Below, piece after piece: positions 10,901 to 23,070 of a stretch of DNA of 64,000 nt. Under the pieces are notes generated by a model that made no database searches, was not told where the DNA came from, and worked only from the letters and a program-made list of their open reading frames with translations. Numbering within the stretch: position 1 is the stretch's first letter; the number at the start of each line of letters is the position of its first letter. A program made the position numbers and the translations under genes. Origin of the DNA: Chrysemys picta bellii (lineage: Eukaryota). The stretch covers positions 32,612,001 to 32,676,000 of the forward strand of contig NC_088797.1 of assembly GCF_011386835.1 (NCBI RefSeq), in the 5' to 3' direction.

Positions 10901-13900
10901 CCCTAGTGGTGTCTTCCCAGCAGACACAGAGAAGTTAGATCAAACCATACGGTCCTCTTGCTGGGAGGCAACACTATTTTAGGTCTCAGGAGTCAGAACA
11001 AGAACCCAAACTCAGAGAGAGACAAAGCAGGCTGCTCCTAAAGCCCAGAGGCACAGTTCACCCACCTTACTTCATGCTGGCTTTCTGCAGACTGACTGCT
11101 GCTAGGCCCAGATCCACGCTTCACTACTGAGCCCCTGCCTGCAAGCAGGACGAGAAAAATCCCTATGAATTTAAAGTGATCACAATCTGAACAGGTTTCA
11201 AGACACCACATCAAGACCCTAGCTGACCTCAAATCCCCTCTTCTCCACGCCCCTTACACTGACCCCAACTTCCTCCTGCACCAGCTCCCTTCTTCAGACC
11301 CCCTCCAACTGCACCAACTCGCCCCAGACCCCACTGCATTAATACGTTTCCCCTCCCTGACCCCCACTGCAATGACCCTGACCCCCCAACCTTCCCTAGG
11401 CTCCTCCCATGCTGGCCCCAATTCCCCCATCCCCTGTTCTCCTCTCCAGCCCCCATCATGTCAACCCCCAACTGCAATGACCCTGACACACACATCCCAA
11501 CCCCCACTAGGCTGACCCCAGCTCCTCCTGCTCTCCCCACAGCGACGTCCAGGTAAACGTCCACAACCAGCGAGTCATCAAGAACTCCTCCAATGTGATG
11601 GGGTTCATCCGGGGCAGCGAGGAACCTGGTGAGTGTCCCCCCCAGAACAACCACCAAGCACCCCCACACCTACCACTACTCCCATTCCCCCAGCCCCCTC
11701 TCCCCCACCCCACAAGCCAGGAGTGTCCCCCACCCTGCCCCATTCACCATACTGGGATCCACCTCTCTCCACGCCCATTCCCCCAACCTCTCATTCTCTC
11801 CCCCTCTCCATGCCCTGGAGCACCCCTCAGTGGGCTCCTCTTCCCCCCATGCCCAAGAGTGCTCCCCAGTGACCCTCAGCCCCACCTTATTGAGCTCCCC
11901 ACCCCATTCCAACACTGCTCCTTTACCATCTGGGCTCACGGGCAGCAAGCTCCCCCCACCACACTCCATCCCAAGCAGACCTCCCCACCCCCGTGCACTC
12001 CCTCCCACACCCCGATCAGCAGCAGAGCTCCGTCTCTCTCCTCGCCCCCCCCAGACAGGTACGTCCTCTATGGCAATCACCGGGACAGCTGGGTGCATGG
12101 AGCCATCGACCCGAGCAGTGGGACAGCTGTCATGCTGGAGATCACCCGCGTGCTGGGCAAGATGCTGAAAGAAGGTATGAGGGTTTGGGGGATGCACCGG
12201 GGTGCAACTATCCCCAGTGCACAGCTAGAGAAACTGAGGCACATAGTGGACTTGCCCTTGAGGTCAGCCAGCACATCAGTGGCAGAACCCAGGAGTCCTG
12301 ACTCTCAGAACCGCCCTGCTCTAACCACTACGTCTGAATCTCCAGGGTGTGTGTTTCTCCACAGGGAAGTGGCGCCCCAGAAGGTCCATTATCTTTGGCA
12401 GCTGGGGGGCTGAGGAGTTCGGTCTGATCGGCTCCACCGAGTACACGGAGGTAAAAACCCAAGAGAGAGGGGGATTGACGGCGGCTCCCCTTTGGAGGGA
12501 ATAAGATGGGAGGGTGGGTGGACATGGCTGCTGCCCCCTGCTCCATCCAAACACCCAGGTATGTGCTGAATGTACTGTAGCTGATCGGGATAGTTACAAT
12601 GGGACTGTCACTCTTGGGAACCCTCCTCTCTGCACCAGACCCATGGGCCCAGCCAGCCCGGATCAGACCCATGCAGCTCACCCGATCCCATTGCACTAAC
12701 CACTGGGCCTCTCCCTTGCCCAGGAATTCTACAGCAAACTGCAGGAGCGGAGTGTGGCCTATATCAACGTGGACATCTCCGTCTTTGGTGAGCGTCCGTT
12801 TGTCCTGCCTGCCCTCCTCCGCTCTTGCTGCACCATCCCCATCTCTGCTTTGTGTAGAAGGGCCGCGACACTAGGCTCAGGCGGGCTTGGGTGTTTGTGG
12901 GGAGGAAGGAATGAAAGGGAGCGTGCGTGCGAGAGTGCATGTGCAATCAGACGGGCACAAGTGCAAGAGCCTGCATGCAACTGAATACGTGTCCGAGAGG
13001 GTGTGCAAGAGTACACTTGCTAGAGGGTGCAACTGAACAGCCATCAAAGGGAGAGCATGTGCGCAAGAGCATGCAATCAGTCGGTGCCAGCATAAACAAA
13101 CGAGAGCTAGGAGCACGCACTAGTGCAAGTGTGCAAAGGTGCTCACAAGAGGGCACTCTCCCCCCAAACGTCAGCGGGTGGCCGAGAGTGCAGGGGATGC
13201 CCGTCTGGCTGTGCTGCAGGTCAGCTGGTGCCCCAGAGCCCTGGGGAGCGGTGGGTCGCCCTGTATGATCCGGCATAGTCCCTAACATTGCCTCCCCCGT
13301 GCTTTCCACAGCCAACGCCACCCTGAGAGCCCAGGGGACGCCGCCTGCCCAGAGCGTCATCTTTGCAGCTGCCAAGCAGGTACCGGGGTGGATGTGTGGT
13401 GGGGGAGGTGCGTGTGTCCATCCCCTCTCCCACTGCAGGGGAGTCTGACTCATGTGCGCCTCTTCTAGGTCCAAACCCCAGCCAGTTCCTCCGTGTCCGT
13501 CTATGACAACTGGAGAAACCACTTCAACCGCATCAGCCCCAGCTACGGCGTCATCCCCAAGTGAGTCCCCAAGTCAGTGGGAGCCGCCCCCCCACTCCAA
13601 GGGTGGATTATAGGGAGTGGGAGGGACAGGAAAGGGGCCAAGATCTTCTCCTCCCCACCTCCTTCTGTGGCTCAGATTGAAGAGAAAGCTTCATTGTTGG
13701 GGGAGTAGCAGATGTGGAGGGGACACTGGGCTGGATGGGCCCCCTGTTCTGATCCACAGCGGGGATACGGGGCTAAACAGGCCCATTGGTCTGATCTGGG
13801 GTGGCAGAGAGGGAGAATACCAGGAGCCTGGGCAACTCTGAACCATGACCCCAGCCACAGAACAAACCAAAGAACATGGGCTTGGGGATCTGCCCCCGTA

Positions 13901-16900
13901 GGCAGGGGCCACATCAGCACAGCAGGAGATGGCAAACTCTGCTCTCCACCCAGGGATGTTTCCCATTCCCGCCCCTCCCCCCTGCCTGGCCCTGAGTCAC
14001 TCACCCCTCTCCATCCCCCGTACAGCTTAGGGTCCCTGGGTGCCGGGAGCGACTATGCCTCCTTCATCCATTACCTGGGTATCACCTCCATGGACATCGC
14101 CTACACCTATGACAGGGTAAGGACACCTGCCGCTCTGGGATGAGCCTGCCTGAGCCACCCCCTCCCGACAGACACGGCCTCAGTCCCAGATCCCTGCCCA
14201 CACGGGGCATTTATTGGGCGCTGGAAAAGAGGCAGGGGGAATGCAGCACTGGGCTATCTTGCTGCTACCCTATGCTCAGTAGGGGGCGCTCTCCCCTCAG
14301 TCAGTGCTGACCCCTGTGCTGTGTCTGGGGGGCACTGTATTGCAGGGAGTAGAGTGGGGGGGCTCAGTAGGGGGCGCTGTCCCTCACAGTGCTGACCCCA
14401 ATGTGAGGCTAGGGAGCAGGGCAGGTGAGTCAAGGGGAGGGTTTGCTGGGGGATCTCAGCTCACTAGGGGAAAGAGGGGGCCTTGGGATCTGCTTTCAGC
14501 TGCTTTGCCCCTTCCCTGCCTTAGAACAAGACATCTGCTCGGATCTACCCTGCCTACCACACGGCCTTCGATACCTTCGACTATGCTGACAGGTTCATCG
14601 ACCCAGGTAAAGGGGCGTGGCATTCACCCTGGGCAGGCATGGGGGCCGAGGTATTGCGAGGGGAGGTTTAGGATGCATCTAATCCCTTTATCCCCATTTG
14701 GCCACAGGGTTCACCAGCCATCAGGCTGTGGCCCGGACGGCTGGCAATGTGCTGCTGCGGCTGGCCGACAGCCTCGTCCTCCCCCTTAATGTGAGCGACT
14801 ACGGAGAGAAGCTGGATGAGCTATACAGCGCAGCCACCCAGGGGGACTTCCTGGACAAACTCAATGCCAACAATCTCTCTCTCGGTACGGGCGGGTGGGA
14901 CTCCTTGGTGCTATCCCCAACAATCTCTCTCTCGGTGCAGGCGGGCGGGACTCCTTGGTGCTATCCCCAACAATCTCTCTCTCGGTGCGGGCGGGCGGGA
15001 CTCCTTGGTGCTATCCCCAACAATCTCTCTCTCGGTGCGGGCGGGTGGGACTCCTTGGTGCTATCCCCAACAATCTCTCTCGGTGCGGGCGGGACTCCTG
15101 GGTGCTATCCCCAACAATCTCTCTCTCGGTGCGGGCGGGTGGGACTCCTGGGTGCTATCCCCAACAATCTCTCTCTCAGTGTGGGCGGGCGGGACTCCTG
15201 GGTGCTATCCCCAACAATCTCTCTCTCGGTGTGGGCGGGCGGGACTCCTGGGTGCTATCCCCAACAATCTCTCTCTCGGTGCAGGCGGGCAGGATTCCTG
15301 GGAGCTATCCCCAACAATCTCTCTCTCAAAGCGGGCGGGTGGGACTCCTGCGTGCTATCCCCAACAATCTCTCTCTCAATGCGGGCAGGCGGGATTCCTG
15401 GGTGCTATCCCCAACAATCTCTCTTGGTGCGGGTGGGCGGGACTCCTGGGTGCTAGCCCCAACAATCTCCCTTTCGGTGCAGGCACGCGGGACTCCTGGG
15501 TGCTATCCCCAACAATCTCTCTCTCGGTGCAGGTGGGCGGGACTCCTGGGTGCTATCCCCAACAATCTCTCTCGGTGCGGGTGGGCGGGACTCCTGGGTG
15601 CTATCCCCAACAATCTCTCTCCCGGTGCGGGTGGGCGGGACTCCTGGGTGCTATCCCCAACAATCTCTCTGTCACTGTGCTGCGTGGTGGGGGCTCAGTA
15701 GGGGGCACTCTCCCCTCTCGGTCAGTGCCAGCTCCAGTGGCCAAGTGCAGTGCTGCTCAGTAGCAGCTGTACTCCTCGCCGGCACTGCTTACCCCACCAT
15801 GGTGCTAGCGGGCGCTGTGCTGCAAGAAGGTGGGCTCAACAATGCTAACCCCTGCCCTAGGGGGCCCATAGCCTGGCTTCTCTGGAGAGCCCAGATTAGT
15901 GTGGGGAAGGTGCTGATGGGGACCATAGGAAGGAGGGGCTGCAGACCTGCTCCCTTACACTTGGTCCTGCCTGCCTTTCAGACCCTTTGAAGGCTGCGAT
16001 TGATCGGTTCAAATCGGTGGCTGCTGACTTCAACCAGCGGATAACGAAGCTGAAGAAGGAGGAGTCTCCGAGGTGAGACCTGTCCCTGACTGCATGTGCA
16101 ATTGCACTGGTGGGTGTCCATGCTGCCTGCCTGCCTCCATACAACTGCACGGGTGCACAGCCTGGAGGCACGGTCCTGCAGGGAGTGGTCACACGTATTA
16201 GCATGTTCACATACACATGCATGGCCAAGCTTGTGCAAACATGCCACCTGTGGGGGTTGGGGAGTCTCCCCTATCTACAAAGGGCACGTGATCCTTGGAC
16301 CCAGGGAAGAAGGGGGCTGTTGTCCTTAGTGGAGACCCCTCTGGGAATGGAACTTGGATGGGGGGTCTCTTCCAGTCCTCTAGAGAGGGAAAGGTAGGGA
16401 CAAAGTCACAGGCCTGGAGAGCAGTAGGCAAGGCTTGATGAGATGATAGCGCCCCCCACAGGGCATCTGATGTAAGGGGGTCCCTAATCCTACTCTGGTC
16501 TCTCCTTCCCACCCACCCCAGTCCTCTGCAGATCCGGATGGTGAATGACCAAATAATGCTGCTGGAAAGGGCCTTCCTCAACCCCCAGGCCTTCCCCAAC
16601 AAGTACTATTACAGGTAATGCCATCTGGGGGGCTGGGGAGGACACCTGGGTTCCATTCCCAAGCGCCCATCCTCACCAATCCCTGGTGGATCCTGATTGA
16701 AATGTGCTGGGTGAAAGGGCATCAGCAAGAAAATGAAGTGTAGGAGGGGCGCGGGGTGTAGTAGTTAGAGAAGAGGGGTCTGGAGTGGGGATTAGGGCTT
16801 ACAGCCAAGGGGCTAGGAGTTGGGACTCCTGGGTTTTATCCCCAACTCTGGAAGGGGAGTGGTGTCGAGTGATTCAAGCATGGGGGGGCTGATATTCGGG

Positions 16901-17215
16901 ACACCTGGGATCTATTCCCAGCTCTGCCGTTGATTCCCTGCATAACCCTGGGGGAGCCACTCCACCTCTCCATGCCTCAGTTTCCCCATGTGTATCACAG
17001 TGCTAACATGATACTGACCTCTCCCATTCTCTTTCCAACCCCTTAGCCATGTGATCTGGGCGTCCAAATCCTCTGACCAGGCTACCTTCCCAGGACTGGC
17101 TGATGCCTACACCAATGCCCTGGAGACAGGGGACTGGGACCAAGTCCGGAAGCATCTCACCATCGTTGTGCAGGCTGTGGAGAGCGCTGCCTCCACCCTG
17201 GAAGCCGTGGCCTAA
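4978..17215 (+). CDS. NAALADL1: N-acetylated alpha-linked acidic dipeptidase-like 1 (ileal aminopeptidase, M28 family), 19 coding exons, 748 aa
   Basis: Exons 4978-5201, 5594-5766, 6214-6332, 7431-7553, 8197-8386, 9087-9180, 10663-10767, 11543-11628, 12055-12174, 12365-12450, 12724-12787, 13312-13379, 13469-13560, 14026-14116, 14525-14606, 14708-14884, 15982-16072, 16522-16614, 17047-17215. All introns are GT-AG and the total is 2247 nt in frame. N-terminal TM anchor ending LGHFAIPK; [15 protein letters not shown]; metal/catalytic motifs [31 protein letters not shown] all intact. Confidence 0.97.
6500..7290. repeat. Degenerate tandem array in NAALADL1 intron 3
   Basis: Recurring ccaacagccatgtatcccagagacaaacagcc modules; ~6640-6770 is duplicated at ~6980-7110. 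Confidence 0.7.
9335..9500 (+). mobile_element. MIR/CORE-type SINE
   Basis: tRNA-like head (gggttctattcccggctc) followed by the CORE gtgaccttggacaagacacttcccctctttgtgcctcagtttccccatct. Confidence 0.75.
9579..9593 (+). promoter_or_regulatory. CTCF consensus site in NAALADL1 intron 6
   Basis: gCCACTAGGTGGCGa matches the CTCF core CCASYAGRKGGCR exactly; binding is not shown. Confidence 0.5.
14867..15670 (+). repeat. 50-bp VNTR (16 units plus a partial unit) beginning inside NAALADL1 exon 16
   Basis: Unit ccaacaatctctctctcggtgcgggcgggcgggactcctKggtgctatcc; 17 copies of the caacaatct core counted. The first copy is the exon end plus the real donor at 14885. Confidence 0.95.
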
Positions 17216-18554
17216 AATCTTGGGGTCCACCCCAGTCCCACCCTGTCACTCAAAACCCAGCAGCCTACAGAGCTCAACTATTCTACCCAGGGGGTAGTCC
17301 TGGCACCCCATCAATGCCAAACGCCCCCTCCGTGCCCTGTGCTGAGCTGATGGCATCCCCTAGTGTGGGCATTGGGGGGAAAAGCATGACATCCCCAAAT
17401 CCCAGTGAACTGGGGTAACCTGCTCTCCCTGGGACCCCTGACTCATTAGCCTGCACCCCATTCCCTAACCCAGCCTGGACTATTAAAGCAACAGATGACG
17501 GCAGTAGGTGCTTCTGTTTGTTCATGTGGTTGGTGGGAAGAGTGGAAGGTGAAGCTCATAATGGTGCAGGGAGGCCATCTTGGCCCGCAGAAGCTCTGTT
17601 TCCACAGTGCAGTGGCCATCTTGGACCCACAGGCACTGCTGCCACCATGGGTAGGGCAGCCATGGTGGAGCCCCTGGGCCTCGCACCCAGAGTATTGCCC
17701 ACCCCACGAGATCAAAACTCACGACTCTGACCCCAACCATCATGGGGCTGGCCCACACACCAAGGGGGTTTTGTTGTTTTAAAAGACTAGATTGTAGTTT
17801 TCAGCCTGTCTCGATATTGAAACTCCTCCGGTCCATCCCCAGTGGGGTTGGGGGGACAAGTGGTGTCACCCACTCTACCAAATTTAATGGGTCTGGTGAT
17901 TTTGGCCCCTGCTGCCTGAGCTCTCACCCCAACATCTACCTATCCCTTGCCCCCCAGCCCCTCCCTCAGTTCAGCCTGAACTCTGCTCCTCCTGGGGTTC
18001 TTCAGCCCCGTCTCCCAGGCGTAGGGGCTGTAGTGTGGTGCCCCTCCCTCTTCCAGGCGGGGAGAGGCAACTCCAGGGGCTCTTCACCCCTCCCTTCTGG
18101 GCTCCAGAAATTCATCCTGTCACTCACAACAATATTGTGAGTTGGGAACACTGTTCATGGCACAGGGTGATCATCCCGGGCCCAGTGGGCCCTGCTACCA
18201 CAGCATTGGGGCCATTAAAGGCCCCACAACCACATCATGGAGGGGGAGGGGAGTGGGTCAGGATTTCTGGGTTCTATCTCCATCTCTGGGAGGGGCATGG
18301 GGTCTTGTAATTAGCCCAGTGTGGGGTGCTTGGAGTCAGGGCTCCTGGGCTCTGTCTCCATCTCAGCCACTGCCTCAAATCCAGGTCCCATTCCCTCTCC
18401 GCATCTCATTTTCCTTGCCTCCAAAACAGCAATAACAATGTACCCCCACCTCTCAGCACAGGCCCTGCTACTGTGGCATGGCAGCCATGCTGGACCATGT
18501 GGGCCCCACTACTAGAGCTGCTACCTCTGAGATACAAAAATCAGGACGTCCAGA

Positions 18555-19462
18555 TGTCACAGTCCAGGGCAACTGCGCCTATATTTCCCCTCAGTGGCCC
18601 AGCAAGTGTCCCTACCCACAAGTTTTCCACTCCCCAGCTCTTTACTCTCCTGTTGGAGACCCACATCTCTCTCCCTTCTGACCGGGAGATTTGTAAGCTG
18701 CACAGGTCCCTGCCTGCATCATGTTCTCTGCAGCAGAGGCACCTTGCCCAAGCCAAACCTGCTTGCTTTCCTTTAGAGATGGTTAACACCTATCATTGCT
18801 TGCTGCAGTTATAAGGTACCCCCCAGCACTTCCTAGGTAGGCCTGCATTAGTCTTAAGGTAAAAAGCACTACAGATAAAACATATTCAAAACAATACAAG
18901 AATCCACTCACATGCTAATATGCTTACCAGGAACCCCAAACCTAACACGATTCTGGCAGGAACCATCTTCCACCTCTGCCCCACCCAAGGAGTCTCCTTG
19001 TGGTTACAAGTTCATCACAGCTTTAGCTCAGAACAAGCCCTCAGTAGGCCCCGTCCTTCCAACCCTACTCTAAGGATTGGGGCCCTCCGTGCACTAGGGT
19101 CCTGTCTGTTTTCTGGATCAGGAAGAAGGCCTTGAATCAGGTTAAAACCAGGCTATTTATCCAAGAACCCTTTCTTTGTCTGTTGGGTCCTAGAGAATCC
19201 AGTTTGATCTTGTATACGCGCAGCTCTCCAAAGGGTGTCTCCTCTCGAGATGTTACAAACTGCCTGGGTGAATTTCCTTAACCACCTCCTGTTGTTCTCC
19301 TATTGACCCATCCCATGGAAATACATGCAATTCTGCAGTAACACAGATACCATCGCATTTTCAATACATGGAGTGCAAAGCTGTTAAAACAAATTAAATA
19401 TGTTTGAGCTTAATTCAATAACATTCAGTCAGGACACTGCAGGAAATTGTCAGCCTGTCACA
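18555..19462. mobile_element. Putative solo LTR
   Basis: Begins TGTCACA and ends TGTCACA (TG...CA), flanked by ccaga / ccagg (4/5 match); the interior is more AT-rich than the flanks and non-coding. Confidence 0.55.
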
Positions 19463-19574
19463 CCAGGATGATCCTGAGCCCATAAAATCAGACAGCTTGC
19501 AGTGTGTACTGAGCACCTGGATAGACATCCCAGGGCAGGGACAATCTGGGGAAAACCTGGACAGGTGGCCATCA

Positions 19575-19745
19575 CTGGCTACTATGGCACGGCAGCCATC
19601 TTGGACCACATGGACTGGGTCCTGCTACCATGGCACGGCGGCCATCTTGGGCCACACGGGTCAGGCCCTGTACCATGGCGCAGCAGCCATCTTAGGACAT
19701 ACTTGTCGGGCCCAGCTACCATGGCACAGTGGCCATCTTGGCCTG
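19575..19745. repeat. ~46-bp tandem repeat, 4 copies, each with GCCATCTT
   Basis: Unit (c)taccatggcacRgYRgccatcttgg...; related copies at 17573-17650 and ~18465-18500. Confidence 0.7.
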
Positions 19746-20624
19746 CATGGCTTTCACAAGGCTCAATTTGCAAGGAAGCCTCTGGCCCTTGGCTTTAAGG
19801 TGCCAGACACAGCTACAGGCAGGAGTGCCAATGGGGAGGGGGAGACCCTCCAGCCCAGCAAACCCCACATGCTGGCTGAAAGAGCAGTCGCACATAATGA
19901 GGGCTCTGTACCAAACCAACAGCTCTCACTTACCCTGTGGTCTCTGTCCCGAGACTACGGGGGCAGCTCCTAGCCCTGATGGAGTAGCAGCAGCCTCGCA
20001 GCGATGGCAGCTCCCAGCTTGTGGGTCCTAGGTGTCTCCCACTCTTTCCTGCAGGGATCGGGGCTGGGATAGCCAAAGGAAGACAAGTTAGTTCCAGCCA
20101 CTTTGAAATGGGACCCATCTATAGACAACCCCTGGATTTGGGCAGGCAGCCTCTTCTCTGCTCCGCTCCACCCCAGATTGCTGGCCCCAGCTCCTCCTGC
20201 TCACTGCAGCACAGCAGCTGTGGGTTGCCATCCTCCCTCTCACCCCTGTGGCCAGTGGCTAAGGGTGGGGGGTAGAATTAATTCTCTAGCTAAGCGCTGC
20301 TAAGCAGGGGCAGGCTGAGTCAATGCTGTGCAGGGAGCGGGACAGGGGCTCAGTAGGGGGCACTCTCCCATCACAATCAGTGCTGACCCCAGTGCCTCAG
20401 CTAAGGGGTGCTGTGCTGCTGACCTTAACATGAGATTTCAAAATGAGGCTCACTGACACCTCCTGGTCACTAAACCTGCCTTGCACTTTTCCCAAGAGCC
20501 CCCACTATCTGGCCAAATTCCAACATGGCCAATTCAATGTTACCTCCTACTGTACTAGCTGGTTACAGGAGTGTACTTCTTCTGCTGTCCCATCTGTTGG
20601 GTAGCATTTCTGTGCTTTCCCTGC

Positions 20625-20905
20625 CCCAGAAACAACTGCATCTCAGCACCGGGCAAGAAATCCCTGTGTAAATGGCTCCCACACCCCTCCCCAGAGGTGG
20701 CTGCCTCTCAGCATTGAGCAAGAGAGCTCTGTATAAACAGTTCCCACGCCCCGCCCCAGAGGCGGCTGCATCTCAGCACTGATGAGGGAGGGAGGCATGT
20801 ATAAACGCTGCTGTGCCCATCCCAGCAGCAGCTACATCTCAGTGCCAGGCGAAGGATCCCTGTATAAATAGTGGCCGCATCTTGGTGCTACCCGAGGGAT
20901 CCCTG
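20625..20905 (+). repeat. Tandem array of the ~62-bp ggctgcatctcagcac unit
   Basis: 5-6 diverged units with gctgcatctcagc and atccctgtataaa at a regular spacing. Confidence 0.65.
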
Positions 20906-22240
20906 TATAAGGAGCAGCCATCGCCCATTCCCCCAACCCCCTCTGACCTGAGGCTGGATAGAGATTGGTACCCAGAGCTGATAGACCCAATATCTCATTC
21001 CACCCTCCCTGCGCGGTGGCCACCAGTTACTGCATTTTAAGAGTCCTTCTCAAATTCCCCCCTCAGAATCAAAGCAGGAGACTCCTGGACCCTGAGCCCC
21101 TCTGGGGCACAGACCCCATCCCTCAGGTCACTCCTCCACCCCATCTAATTCAAACTAGCCCCTCCCCGAAAGCTCTTTATGTCCCCTAGTTCCACCCGGT
21201 ATCTTTAAGCAGAAAGCTTTGGAAAAATCCTGCAATGATTGTGCAGGTCGAGGTCACCTTTAACTTCTGCTGAGAAATCCTCCCCCACAGGGGCTAGGGG
21301 ACAGGATTCCACAGCATGGAGGCGGCTCCGGGCTTGTGGGGCTGCCAGCACAGAGAGAGGTTTGCAGCACCTTGGGCTTTGAGGCCATCATGCTAACAAC
21401 ATCCCTCCCTCCCCCTACGGTTAATCGGGGATATTAATCTGGCCATTTGCAGCTGGGCCAGGCGGGGAGATTTGTGATTTTAAAATGCACCACCAGCTGT
21501 TCAGCCACCTGAGCAGGGCAGCCATTTAATTAATGGGGATCCAGACGGGGGCGGGGAATTGTCCTCCGCACGCACTCTGGCTCTCTCTCTTTCTCCACAC
21601 TTCCTAACCCCCACAAGTTGGCAGTGTCTCATCCTCAGGGGCATCAGCAAATCATCGTCCCACTGGCCCCCCTCAAAGGCAGTACCAGATCACCTGAGGC
21701 CTGACTCCAGTCTCAGGCCTGGTACTGTTTGGGTACAATAGTGTTCAGAGACCCGCCAGAGATCAGGGCTCCAGCGTGCCAGGCACTGCACAGACCCATA
21801 ACTCAGACTGGGGCCCCTGTCATGCCAGGCGCTGCACAGACCCCAACTGAGATCAGGGGGCAATTTTACCCAGCATTGCACAAACACACAGCAAGAGACA
21901 GTCCCTGCCCCAAAGAATCTAAGCAGACAAGGGGTAGGATAATTTCCCCCATTTGATGGGGAAGCCAAGGCATGGAAAGGTTCCGTGATATGCCCGAGGT
22001 CACACGAAGTCTGGCAGAGCCAGGTGTCCTGACTCCCAAGGTAGTGCCCTAACCACTGGACAACACTGCCTCCAAATTCCTCCAGAGCTAGAACCCCACA
22101 CCAGGGGAGTATGAATCGCTGATGTTCTGGGCTCACACACAGGCCTCCGGGGAGGTTGATCCGGCACATGCACTCACTGGAATTTAACCCCAGTCCCAGC
22201 CCAGCCCCAGGAGACAGACACAGCAGCTTTTCAATGTGTC

Positions 22241-22246
22241 TTTATT
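22241..22246 (-). terminator. Polyadenylation signal of the PROX-family gene
   Basis: AATAAA on the minus strand ~825 nt after the stop codon, followed by a CA-containing segment typical of cleavage sites. Confidence 0.55.
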
Positions 22247-22479
22247 GGCAGGGTCCAGAGGGAGCGTGAAGTCTCAGCAATACATACACTGGGAAGCACA
22301 AGCCCCTCTCCCCACGCATCCCACCCCTCTCCCTCCTCCCAGAGGCCTCAGACCCATGGATATGGGCAAGGGCAGCCACTAACACAAACTGCTTAGGCTG
22401 TGGATGGGCCCATGTGGGTACTGTTCCTAGCTGTAGATCCCACCCCAAGAAGAAACTTTCACCCGCACCTGGTCTGTGC

Positions 22480-22890
22480 TCCCGATGCCACCTGCCACCC
22501 TCACTGCTGGGATCCCTCCCCTGGCTCCACTCCCCACCTCACCTGCCCCCACCCCACACTGCTGAGATCTCTCTGCCAGCCCCACCCGTAGCCTGTGCTC
22601 CCCACACCACCTCCCCCCCCCTAAATTGCTGGGATCCCTCCTCCATCCCCATCCCCCGCCTGTGCTCCCACAACCCTGCCTCCACCATCCTGTACCTCCC
22701 ATGCTGCCGCCTCCCTCCCCTACTGCTGGGATCCCTCCCCCATCCCCATCATTTCCTGTGCTCCCCACACTGCCTGCCTCCCCCACTGCTGGGATCCCTA
22801 CCGCATCCCCAACCCTGGCCTGCACTCTCCGTGTCATCTGCCTCCCCCACTGCTGGGATCCCTCCCTGGCCTGCACTCCCCACACTCTCC
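22480..22890. repeat. C-rich ~45-bp degenerate tandem repeat in the PROX 3' UTR
   Basis: Repeated cctcccccactgctgggatccctcccc modules; similar modules occur at ~23420-23540 and ~27970-28260. Confidence 0.65.
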
Positions 22891-23070
22891 CAATGAAACC
22901 TCCTCTGATATGTGTGGGGAGGATAATTTTGAAAAGTGGGTGGTGTCAAGGCCACCCCTACCTCAGCCAGCAACTTAGCGACATAGTGGATCACATCAGC
23001 AATAAATTACCAGAGCCCTCCTCCCTTGTCCCCCGCCAAGGACCCCAACTCTGCAGCACCCCTCCCCCAG

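Noticed and set aside
14698-15763. Three long overlapping ORFs (252, 315 and 268 aa)
   Set aside because: They arise because the 50-bp repeat has few stop codons; only 14708-14884 is a supported exon. The array is a head-to-tail VNTR with no unique spacers, so it is not CRISPR-like.
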